A DNA stretch of 64,000 nt from positions 32,001 through 96,000 of the IMG/VR virus record IMGVR_UViG_2823592041_000002. One strand, 5' to 3'. Positions 57,092 through 64,000 of the stretch are shown piece after piece. Numbering within the stretch: the first letter of the stretch is position 1; each line of letters begins with the position of its first letter. Under the pieces are notes generated by a model, which worked only from the letters and a program-made list of their open reading frames with translations, did not search any database and was not told the DNA's origin. The DNA is from a virus. Taxonomy: Duplodnaviria; Caudoviricetes. A program made the translations under genes and the position numbers.

Positions 57092-58108
57092 ATGGATTTT
57101 AGTAATATTGTTTCTGCTGCTGGTAATGAGTTTGCACAGAATGCCAGTGATATGGATGAAACACAATCATATATTGATACTGGGAGTTATACTCTCAATG
57201 CAATAATTTCTGGTTCAATTTACAAAGGATTGCCAGGAAATAAAGTTACCGCATATGCAGGGGAACAGGCAACAGGAAAGACCTTTTTTGTTTTCGAGGC
57301 TGTGAAGAACTTTCTACAATCTAATACAGATGGTAGAGTTCTATTTTTTGAAACTGAGAATGCCTTGGAGAAGGGGATGTTCGACTCTCGTGGAATTGAT
57401 TCTTCCAGAATAACTATCTTTCCTGTTGCCACTATTGAAGAATTCAAGTCACAAGCAGTCAGAATACTTGATGCTTATCTTGCTGTAAAAGAAAAAGATA
57501 GACCCCCTCTATTGATGTGTCTTGATTCTTTGGGTATGTTATCAACTGCAAAAGAGGTGAATGATACAACAACAGGTTCTGATAAAGCAGATTTCACAAG
57601 ACCAAAATTAATCAGATCCGCTTTCCGAGTTCTCACCCTCAAACTTGGAAGAGCAAACGTCCCTCTCCTAATTACCAACCATACTTACACCAGTGTTGGT
57701 AGTTTTATTCCTACTCAAACTTCTGCTGGAGGTGGTGGATTAAAATATGCTGCCTCCAGTATTGTCCTTCTGAGTAAGAAACAAGTCAAAGAAGGGACGG
57801 AGAAAGTCGGAAATATAGTAAAGATAAAAATGGAGAAATCCAGATTTACCAAAGAAGGTTCATCTATAGAAACTAAAATTGACTTTGAAAAGGGTCTTGA
57901 TAGATATCATGGGATGATTGAACTTGGTTTAGAAGCAGGAGTATTTCAAAAGAGTGGTAACAGGATTCTGGTCGGAGAATCTAAACTCTACCCAAAAGCA
58001 ATCTATGATGACCCAGAAAAGTATTTCACAAAAGAAATACTTGACACAATAGATGAATATGTGATAAAAAGATATAGTTACGGAACAACAGATACAACGG
58101 AGGAATAA
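57092..58108 (+). CDS. uvsX: RecA-like recombinase UvsX
   Basis: DTGSY.LN, AGEQATGKT, DSLGML, TNHTY, GGGGLKYAAS and KSRF. Confidence 0.95.
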   Translation: MDFSNIVSAAGNEFAQNASDMDETQSYIDTGSYTLNAIISGSIYKGLPGNKVTAYAGEQATGKTFFVFEAVKNFLQSNTDGRVLFFETENALEKGMFDSRGIDSSRITIFPVATIEEFKSQAVRILDAYLAVKEKDRPPLLMCLDSLGMLSTAKEVNDTTTGSDKADFTRPKLIRSAFRVLTLKLGRANVPLLITNHTYTSVGSFIPTQTSAGGGGLKYAASSIVLLSKKQVKEGTEKVGNIVKIKMEKSRFTKEGSSIETKIDFEKGLDRYHGMIELGLEAGVFQKSGNRILVGESKLYPKAIYDDPEKYFTKEILDTIDEYVIKRYSYGTTDTTEE

Positions 58109-59493
58109 TGCGAGTTGAGAGAATCATATTATCGGGGATTCTCAAGAACGATTCTTATAGAAGGAAAGCTTTACCCCATCTTCATGAAGAATATTTTCAT
58201 GATAAAAAAGAATTGAATATTTTTTCAATAGTGAATAAACACATTTCAAAATATAAGAGTGCCCCTGTAAAAGACGAATTATTGACGGAAGTTCAAACAA
58301 TCCAAATGACAGACAAAGATGTTGAAGATTGTCAGGTGATTGCATCTGATCTTTTTGACATTGAAACTTCTGATGAACAATGGTTGTTAGAAAAAACCGA
58401 GAAGTGGTGTCAAGAAAAGTCTGTATATAATGCGGTTATGGAGTCTATTTCCATTATTGATGGTTCTGTGGATAAAAACAAAAACACCATTCCAGATATC
58501 CTTAAACAAGCTCTTGCAGTCACGTTCAAGATAGAACTTGGGCATGATTACATAGAAGATGCTGATGCTAGATTTGAGTATTACAACAAGAAAGACGAGA
58601 AGAAAATACCCTTTGGAATTGACTTGTTCAACAAAGTCACAAGAGGTGGTATTGCTTCTAAGACTTTGAATGTTGTTATGGCAGGAACTAATGTTGGTAA
58701 GTCTTTCTTTATGACTGACTTTGCTTCACATTGTCTTGCTAATCAAAAGAATGTTCTGTATATCACTCTTGAAATGAGTGAAGAAGAACTTGCTAGAAGG
58801 ATTGATGCTAACTTATTAAACATAAAAATAAATGAACTTGATGAAGTCCCTACAACCCTCCTACAAAAGAAGTTAGAGGAAAAGAGTAGGAACATTAAAG
58901 GTAAATTAATATTTAAAGAGTTTCCGACAGGTAGAGGTAGTGCAGCTGATTTCAATAAATTGCTTGATGAACTTGAATTGAAAAAGGGATTCAAACCCGA
59001 TATACTTTTTGTTGACTATATTAACATCTGTGCTTCCTCTACACTTGCATCTAGATTTAAAGCGGACAAGTATTTGTATATCAAAACGATTGCGGAAGAG
59101 TTGAGAGGTTTGGCTGTAGAAAAAGATATTCCTATCTTTACTGCGACACAAACAAATAGAGAAGGTTATGGTGATTCAGACCCAGATTTGACTAATACGA
59201 GTGAATCATGGGGTCTACCTGCCACTGCTGACTTTATGTTTGCGATGATGACAGATGATCAATTGGAAGAACTTTCACAGTTTAGAATCAAACAACTCAA
59301 GAACAGATACAATCGTAAAGACTCTAATAAGAGATTTTGTATTGGGTATGATTTGATGAAGATGAGGCTTTTTGATATTGACGATAGTAATGTAGGTTCC
59401 GTATCTACAGGAGAAGAAGGTGAAACTCCCAGTAATGGTAGCAACTTTCTTCAAAAGAAAAAGACGCTGGATTTCTCTGGAATTTCAGTTTGA
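58108..59493 (+). CDS. gp41: Replicative DNA helicase gp41
   Basis: GHDY, AGTNVGKS, TLEMSEE, VDYIN, IAEELRGLA, TATQ.NR, SES.GLPATAD and KQLKNRY. Confidence 0.96.
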   Translation: MRVERIILSGILKNDSYRRKALPHLHEEYFHDKKELNIFSIVNKHISKYKSAPVKDELLTEVQTIQMTDKDVEDCQVIASDLFDIETSDEQWLLEKTEKWCQEKSVYNAVMESISIIDGSVDKNKNTIPDILKQALAVTFKIELGHDYIEDADARFEYYNKKDEKKIPFGIDLFNKVTRGGIASKTLNVVMAGTNVGKSFFMTDFASHCLANQKNVLYITLEMSEEELARRIDANLLNIKINELDEVPTTLLQKKLEEKSRNIKGKLIFKEFPTGRGSAADFNKLLDELELKKGFKPDILFVDYINICASSTLASRFKADKYLYIKTIAEELRGLAVEKDIPIFTATQTNREGYGDSDPDLTNTSESWGLPATADFMFAMMTDDQLEELSQFRIKQLKNRYNRKDSNKRFCIGYDLMKMRLFDIDDSNVGSVSTGEEGETPSNGSNFLQKKKTLDFSGISV

Positions 59494-59500
59494 GGTTATT

Positions 59501-60094
59501 ATGATAAATGTGATTTTTGATTTTGAATCTTTAGGGTTAAATGAAAATAGTGTATTGTTAAGTTTGGGTGTCCTAGCTTTTGACCCTAGTGATTATGATA
59601 TTGCTGGTGATGGTGTAGAGACAACGTTCAATAAACTTTTACAACAAGGTTTGTATATTAAACTTGACGCAAAAGATCAAATGAGAACTTATGATAGACA
59701 TATAAACAAGTCAACTCTTCTATGGTGGACTGAACAGAATGAAGAAGCTGGTCAAGTACTGAAAAGATGTGACGATGATGTTAAGCTTCCTGATATGGAA
59801 AACCTTCTGAATGAATATCTTGAAATGAACGGTGTTACAAGAAATACACCAGTCTGGTCAAGGGGTTATACAGAACCTATGTGGTATGAATCTGTAAAAC
59901 TCAATCTGAATACTTATGGATCGTTCAGACATTATCAGTATCGTGATATTAGAACTCTTTTGAATGTTTCTATAGAAGATAAATACTTGAGTAGAAACCA
60001 TATAAATACTATTGAACATCCTGTAAGTTTTATAAAACATAATGCTCTACACGATGTATGTTTTGATGCAGTTCAATTTTTATGTACTCAATAA
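59501..60094 (+). CDS. 3'-5' exonuclease, DEDDh family (DexA-like)
   Basis: IFDFESLG, WW..Q, VWSRG, RDIRT and HNALHD; GAGG RBS before ATG 59501. Confidence 0.8.
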   Translation: MINVIFDFESLGLNENSVLLSLGVLAFDPSDYDIAGDGVETTFNKLLQQGLYIKLDAKDQMRTYDRHINKSTLLWWTEQNEEAGQVLKRCDDDVKLPDMENLLNEYLEMNGVTRNTPVWSRGYTEPMWYESVKLNLNTYGSFRHYQYRDIRTLLNVSIEDKYLSRNHINTIEHPVSFIKHNALHDVCFDAVQFLCTQ

Positions 60095-60100
60095 CTAAAA

Positions 60101-60139
60101 AAGTATTGACATTGTAGTCAATATTTGGTATTATAAATA
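60101..60139 (+). promoter_or_regulatory. Sigma70 promoter (TTGACA-N17-TATTAT) with overlapping late TATAAATA and a 26-bp inverted repeat over the -35
   Basis: AAGTATTGAC-ATTGTA-GTCAATATTT at 60101-60126. Confidence 0.75.
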
Positions 60140-60177
60140 CTATATGTGAGAATAAAATACTTACGAGTGATAAAACT

Positions 60178-60235
60178 TAGGTTTACGTATAAAAGCTAAA
60201 AGACCTATTAATGTCGAAAGACGGAAGATTAAATT
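60178..60235 (+). promoter_or_regulatory. Structured 5' leader, copy 1 (diverged)
   Basis: TAGGTTT-N16-AGACCTA stem, TTAA, then GTC-GAAA-GAC hairpin before ATG 60236. Confidence 0.6.
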
Positions 60236-60742
60236 ATGAAGAATGTAATTATTTTAGGCGATGTTTGCACGTTTGATATCAATATTGAACATTTGTTTGA
60301 GTTAAACCCTTATGATGAAGATGAAATAGTGAGGCTTCTAGGGTTTCCAGAGGAGTTAATTCGATATTGTTCTGGGTTGATTCCATTACATGTTGTCAAT
60401 GCATTATACTCAATTCCAGATGATCAATATTCATTACAAACAATCGCTGATGAAATGGATTTATCTTACGGCAACATTATTTCAAAAAACATTGGTGATC
60501 TTAGTTATCTCGAATTGGGTAGTTGTGGGTTCAGTTCCAGTAGTTCCAAAAATATTTGGCAGAAATCTAAAATAGACACCAATGGTGTTTATAAAAGCCA
60601 TTGCGGCGATCCAGATTTAGATTACAAAATGAAAATAACCGACACAAACAATAAGTTTGAATTCATTTTATATCCATATTCGATAGTAGGATTAAGAGAT
60701 ATGAACAATCTGTCCGATTATAAGATAGCGAGATTTGATTAA
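60236..60742 (+). CDS. Hypothetical early protein
   Basis: 168-aa ORF with its own promoter and leader; GLIP...G.Y...DPDL...YPY.IV...ARFD. Confidence 0.7.
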   Translation: MKNVIILGDVCTFDINIEHLFELNPYDEDEIVRLLGFPEELIRYCSGLIPLHVVNALYSIPDDQYSLQTIADEMDLSYGNIISKNIGDLSYLELGSCGFSSSSSKNIWQKSKIDTNGVYKSHCGDPDLDYKMKITDTNNKFEFILYPYSIVGLRDMNNLSDYKIARFD

Positions 60743-60762
60743 ATTAAAATAAATTTGAAAAA

Positions 60763-60796
60763 AAGTATTGACAAGTGATTGAATACTTGTTATAAT
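60763..60796 (+). promoter_or_regulatory. Consensus sigma70 promoter TTGACA-N17-TATAAT with a 26-bp inverted repeat over the -35
   Basis: TTGACA at 60768-60773, TATAAT at 60791-60796; AAGTATT-N12-AATACTT at 60763-60788. Confidence 0.85.
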
Positions 60797-60814
60797 AGTA
60801 TATGTAAAAATAAA

Positions 60815-61129
60815 AAAATCTAGGTTTAAGTGTGAAAGCGAAAAAACCTATTAACGTTTAACGCAAAGGATAAAAATTATGGCTAGGCCAAAATCTAAAG
60901 AAACAATGGAAAAATTTACAATGTGTGTGCCGAAAGAAGATCTCAAAAGATATGAAGAGAACGGTGCTAGTATAGGATTGACACGCAATTCATATATCAG
61001 ATTTATGACACAATTAGGAGAAGAAACATACTCTAAAATGAGGAATAAATAGAAAAATTTACAATTGACAAAATCTAGGTTTAAGTGTGAAAGCGAAAAA
61101 ACCTATTAACGTTTAACGCAAAGGATAAA
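60815..61129 (+). repeat. Exact 60-bp direct repeats (60815-60874 and 61070-61129), leader copies 2 and 3
   Basis: AAAATCTAGGTTTAAGTGTGAAAGCGAAAAAACCTATTAACGTTTAACGCAAAGGATAAA twice, 255 bp apart. Confidence 0.95.
60879..61052 (+). CDS. Ribbon-helix-helix (CopG/Arc-like) DNA-binding protein, 57 aa; not in the ORF track
   Basis: MARPKSKETMEKFTMCVPKEDLKRYEENGASIGLTRNSYIRFMTQLGEETYSKMRNK; alternating beta strand KFTMCV-P, helix, G-L-T-R-N-S-Y-I-R turn and helix; AAGGA RBS. Confidence 0.72.
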   Translation: MARPKSKETMEKFTMCVPKEDLKRYEENGASIGLTRNSYIRFMTQLGEETYSKMRNK

Positions 61130-61131
61130 TT

Positions 61132-62256
61132 ATGACGAATGTTAAATTTTTAACTTTTACGGATGCAGAATTTGAATCGTACATTGACGGTCCGTATGTA
61201 AAAAAGCTTTGGGATAGATACACCAGTCTTATGGATTTCAAGGACTGTATTCCCGATTTGGAGGATTCGGAACTTGTAAAGATTTATTGGATGTCTAAGG
61301 ACACAATATTGGAAGATTCCCATCTACATAGTACAGTTTTCAGACAAGCTTGTATTCGAGATGAGGATGTTGCAACCAATGAAAGTAGAGTCGCAACTCT
61401 ACGTGGCTCGTTTATTAGATCTGGATGGAGTCCAAATCCAGAAGAATCTATGCCTATCGTCGCATCCGATGGGCCAGGAACCCCATTAGAGTTTCAAGAG
61501 GGTCGAGGAAGAGTTCAGGCTAATATTGAGGGTGAAACACCTCAAGGTTGGATACCTGTTGCAGAGTTTAGAAAAAATAACCTAATACGAGATTCTCTTA
61601 CCAACAGTTTAAGATATGGTTTTTTAACCAATATAGTTGATAAACCAAAAACTGGTGCAAAGATGGATGACTACGTACCAGCTCTTATGAAAGCAATTAA
61701 AGCTGGTGTCGTGAATGAAAACTTGGAAGATGTGAAAAAATACCTGATAAATGAGTTATTGTTTTCAAAAGTGTTTCCTCACACTGCATCCGCAACCAAA
61801 ACAGCTAAAAAAGCTTTGAAGAGAAAATCTGAGTCTGAGTTCGTTTTAGAAAGGATGGAACTGGATGATGTTAAAGTTTGGGGTTCACGAAACCCTAAAA
61901 TAAAAAATCTATCTGGTAAAGTATTTTACATTCGTTCCAACAGTAGAAAGGCTTTAAATTCTGCCTTGGAAGAAATTTTACATTACTTGCTTAACAATCC
62001 TTATGAACATGTTAATATTGTGTTCTACACAACTGAGATAGTATACTCAAAAGCGAAAGAAGAAGTTCAGAAAGCTCAAAAACGAGTTGATGATTGGTGG
62101 AATAACTTTCATAAAGTTGCTTTTGCGAGTTTCTTTAGTGGTTCTAACCTTGTAGTCATTCCAGAAGCTAGGTACACTATTTTGGGATGTGTTCCTCAAT
62201 TTGTACTTAAACATGATATTAATGGGAACTCATTAGTCCCAATTAAACAGTACTAA
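61132..62256 (+). CDS. ParB/Srx-like N-terminal domain protein
   Basis: Q..IR, L..SF...GW, MPIV and EGRGRVQA (GxxR box), followed by a helical region. Confidence 0.55.
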   Translation: MTNVKFLTFTDAEFESYIDGPYVKKLWDRYTSLMDFKDCIPDLEDSELVKIYWMSKDTILEDSHLHSTVFRQACIRDEDVATNESRVATLRGSFIRSGWSPNPEESMPIVASDGPGTPLEFQEGRGRVQANIEGETPQGWIPVAEFRKNNLIRDSLTNSLRYGFLTNIVDKPKTGAKMDDYVPALMKAIKAGVVNENLEDVKKYLINELLFSKVFPHTASATKTAKKALKRKSESEFVLERMELDDVKVWGSRNPKIKNLSGKVFYIRSNSRKALNSALEEILHYLLNNPYEHVNIVFYTTEIVYSKAKEEVQKAQKRVDDWWNNFHKVAFASFFSGSNLVVIPEARYTILGCVPQFVLKHDINGNSLVPIKQY

Positions 62257-62263
62257 TGCCATT

Positions 62264-62296
62264 GAGAGAGTGATCAACTTGATCACTCTCTCTTTT
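62264..62296 (+). terminator. Rho-independent terminator
   Basis: GAGAGAGTGATCAA-C-TTGATCACTCTCTC-TTTT, a perfect inverted repeat. Confidence 0.85.
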
Positions 62297-62340
62297 ACTA
62301 GCCTTTTAATTAATAGTGTCATTTCTAATAGGCATAATTC

Positions 62341-62393
62341 TTGATATTTCACCCTCAAATATAGTATAATAGAATATAGTGAGAGACTAAATA
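62341..62393 (+). promoter_or_regulatory. Sigma70-type promoter (TTGATA-N18-TATAAT) and late-type CTAAATA
   Basis: TTGATA at 62341, TATAAT at 62365; CTAAATA at 62387-62393. Confidence 0.55.
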
Positions 62394-62411
62394 GTTAGTG
62401 AGAGTTTTGAA

Positions 62412-63692
62412 ATGAGTTATTCTATACGAAAATATTTGAAAGAAGATGTCCTTGTTGAAGCAAAAGTAAACAAGAATTTACATCTTGAACACCTTGAAGA
62501 CAATCCACTCAATTTTGGTTATACTGGAATATCTAAAACAATAGATTTCCTAAACGCAACTATTGGTTTATTGTCTGGTTCTGCAAACAAGAGTGTTGAT
62601 GTCACTGTCAAATATGATGGTGCTCCTGCAATATTCTGTGGTACTGACCCAGAGGATGGTAAGTTTTTTGTTGGAACCAAATCAGTATTCTCCAAGAATG
62701 CTAAACTTGTTAAACGGGAGTCCGATTTAGACAAATATGGGTTCTCTGGACAACTCAAAGACAAACTATCCATTGCTCTCAAAGAACTCCCTAAATTGGG
62801 TATTGAAGGGGTCTTACAGGGTGATATGATGTTCACATCTGATGACATCACAACCAAAAAGATAAATGGTGAACCTTACATCACCTTTCAACCAAATACT
62901 ATCATGTATGCTGTTCCTAGCAATTCTGATCTTGCTTCTAAAATGTTGAAGTCTAAAATCGGGATCATCTTTCATACTACATATTCTGGTGATAAACTGG
63001 AAGACATGAAAGCATCTTTTGGTGCTAATGTTTCAAAATTGAACAAAGTCAGCTCAGTTTGGGTTGATGATGCATTTTATAAAGATGTAACTGGATCACT
63101 TTTCTCTGAAAAAGAAACTTCCGATTTAGAGAAAAAGATTGCTAAACTCCAAAGAGTTGGTAATGCTATTAGTAAGAAGTCTATGAATAATATTCTTTCC
63201 GTTCACGATGAATTGAAAACTTCTGAACTTGGTGCTGGATTGAAAACATATTTCAACTCAAATGTTAGAAGAGGTATTTTGCCAAAGTCTGGTGTTACTG
63301 GAGTGAATAACTTCCTTATTCATTTTGGAAATCATTTTGAAGATAAAGTTATCGCAAAAGTAAAACAAGAAAAGACAAAGAATCAGAAGAAGGAAAGAAA
63401 ACAACAACTCCTAAACCTTCTAATCAAGGAAAAAGTTGCACTAGCTAACCTATTAGAATTCATGTTATTGACGATAGATTTGAAGAACTCTGTGATAAGA
63501 AAATTAGAAACAGGAGTTAATTCTAAAATGGAAACTTTTGTAGTTGATAATAAAGGTATCCGAGTTACAAAACCAGAAGGATTTGTTGCTATTGATAAAC
63601 TATCTGGTGGTGCTGTAAAGTTCGTTGACAGACTTGAATTCTCCCAATTAAATTTCACAGTTGACAAGAACTGGTCTAAAGTCTCATCGTAG
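62412..63692 (+). CDS. Conserved marine T4-like protein (DUF6267-like) with ligase/nucleotidyltransferase motifs
   Basis: KNLHLEHLED, motif I TVKYDG, motif III-like VLQGD, motif IV PEGFV and motif V VKFVDR. Confidence 0.65.
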   Translation: MSYSIRKYLKEDVLVEAKVNKNLHLEHLEDNPLNFGYTGISKTIDFLNATIGLLSGSANKSVDVTVKYDGAPAIFCGTDPEDGKFFVGTKSVFSKNAKLVKRESDLDKYGFSGQLKDKLSIALKELPKLGIEGVLQGDMMFTSDDITTKKINGEPYITFQPNTIMYAVPSNSDLASKMLKSKIGIIFHTTYSGDKLEDMKASFGANVSKLNKVSSVWVDDAFYKDVTGSLFSEKETSDLEKKIAKLQRVGNAISKKSMNNILSVHDELKTSELGAGLKTYFNSNVRRGILPKSGVTGVNNFLIHFGNHFEDKVIAKVKQEKTKNQKKERKQQLLNLLIKEKVALANLLEFMLLTIDLKNSVIRKLETGVNSKMETFVVDNKGIRVTKPEGFVAIDKLSGGAVKFVDRLEFSQLNFTVDKNWSKVSS

Positions 63693-63724
63693 TATAAATA
63701 GTTATAAATTATTAGGAGAGTAAT

Positions 63725-64000
63725 ATGACAGTTTATAGACCTTTCACTGAGAAACTTGGAGCATCAGACCCAACAACTTTTATCGGTAATGCCGGAGAAC
63801 TTTTTTACAATGCGGATACTCAACAAGTTTTCATTTCCGATGGTTCAACTCCTGGAGGTATTCCAATTGCTGGTGGTGGTGGGGTTCAATCTTCAATAAC
63901 AGATGGAACAAGCACTTTATCTTTTGATAGTAATAATAGAATTTCAATAGATACTCACATTATACCAGACACTAATGCTGCTTATGATTTAGGTAACGCT
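63725..64000 (+). CDS. Fibre-like structural protein, runs off the window edge
   Basis: MTVYRPFTEKLG...FIGNAGELFYN...ISDGSTPGG...HIIPDTNAAYDLG; TATAAATA at 63693-63700 and AGGAG RBS. Confidence 0.7.
   Translation, partial: MTVYRPFTEKLGASDPTTFIGNAGELFYNADTQQVFISDGSTPGGIPIAGGGGVQSSITDGTSTLSFDSNNRISIDTHIIPDTNAAYDLGNA

Noticed and set aside
24822-59493. Introns, inteins or homing endonucleases in gp17, gp20, gp23, gp43 or gp41
   Set aside because: ORFs are continuous and of normal size, with no intein splice motifs or HNH/GIY-YIG/LAGLIDADG ORFs seen
60178-61129. CRISPR mini-array or type III TA (ToxI-like) repeat array
   Set aside because: Repeats are ~60 bp, separated by whole genes rather than spacers, not tandem, and each ends in an RBS; no cas or toxN-like gene seen
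910-63667. Numerous short antisense or alternate-frame ORFs in the track (e.g. 34639-35166, 27382-27798, 6946-7263)
   Set aside because: They overlap well-supported genes, lack clear RBS or motifs, and are expected shadows of biased codon usage
1-64000. Stop-codon reassignment
   Set aside because: Core genes are full length in code 11, and TAA, TAG and TGA all end conserved genes at expected positions
1-64000. Host assignment (cyanobacterium, SAR11 or other)
   Set aside because: Gene order resembles marine T4-like phages, but no photosynthesis or other diagnostic auxiliary genes are in this window

Overview
AT-rich 64-kb segment of a T4-like myovirus with the gene order typical of marine cyanophage/pelagiphage-type ('exo-T-even') genomes. 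It carries most of the virion morphogenesis module (gp2, gp4, gp48, gp53, hub, gp5, PAAR, gp25, gp6, gp7, gp8, VrlC-like, gp13-gp20, prohead core, gp21-gp23, gp3). The recombination/replication core follows (uvsY, uvsW, gp55, gp47/46, gp45/44/62, regA, hsp20, gp43, uvsX, gp41, DexA-like). Late genes have TATAAATA/CTAAATA promoters, and replication genes have near-consensus sigma70 promoters. No tRNA, rRNA, CRISPR array, intron, intein or reverse transcriptase was seen. Notable accessory parts: (1) an inverted PAAR cassette with small membrane proteins beside a palindromic AT-rich region; (2) a ~10-kb fibre/decoration island between the portal and prohead-core genes, including a duplicated gene pair where one copy has an FG-GAP propeller inserted inside a shared C-terminal domain; (3) a ROSE-like hsp20 leader; (4) a module at 60.1-62.3 kb with two promoters overlapped by a shared inverted-repeat operator, three copies of a structured leader, an unannotated ribbon-helix-helix gene between exact 60-bp direct repeats, and a ParB-like gene, followed by a ligase-fold protein that may be packaged in the capsid. 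All calls come from motif recognition and synteny by eye; no searches were run.
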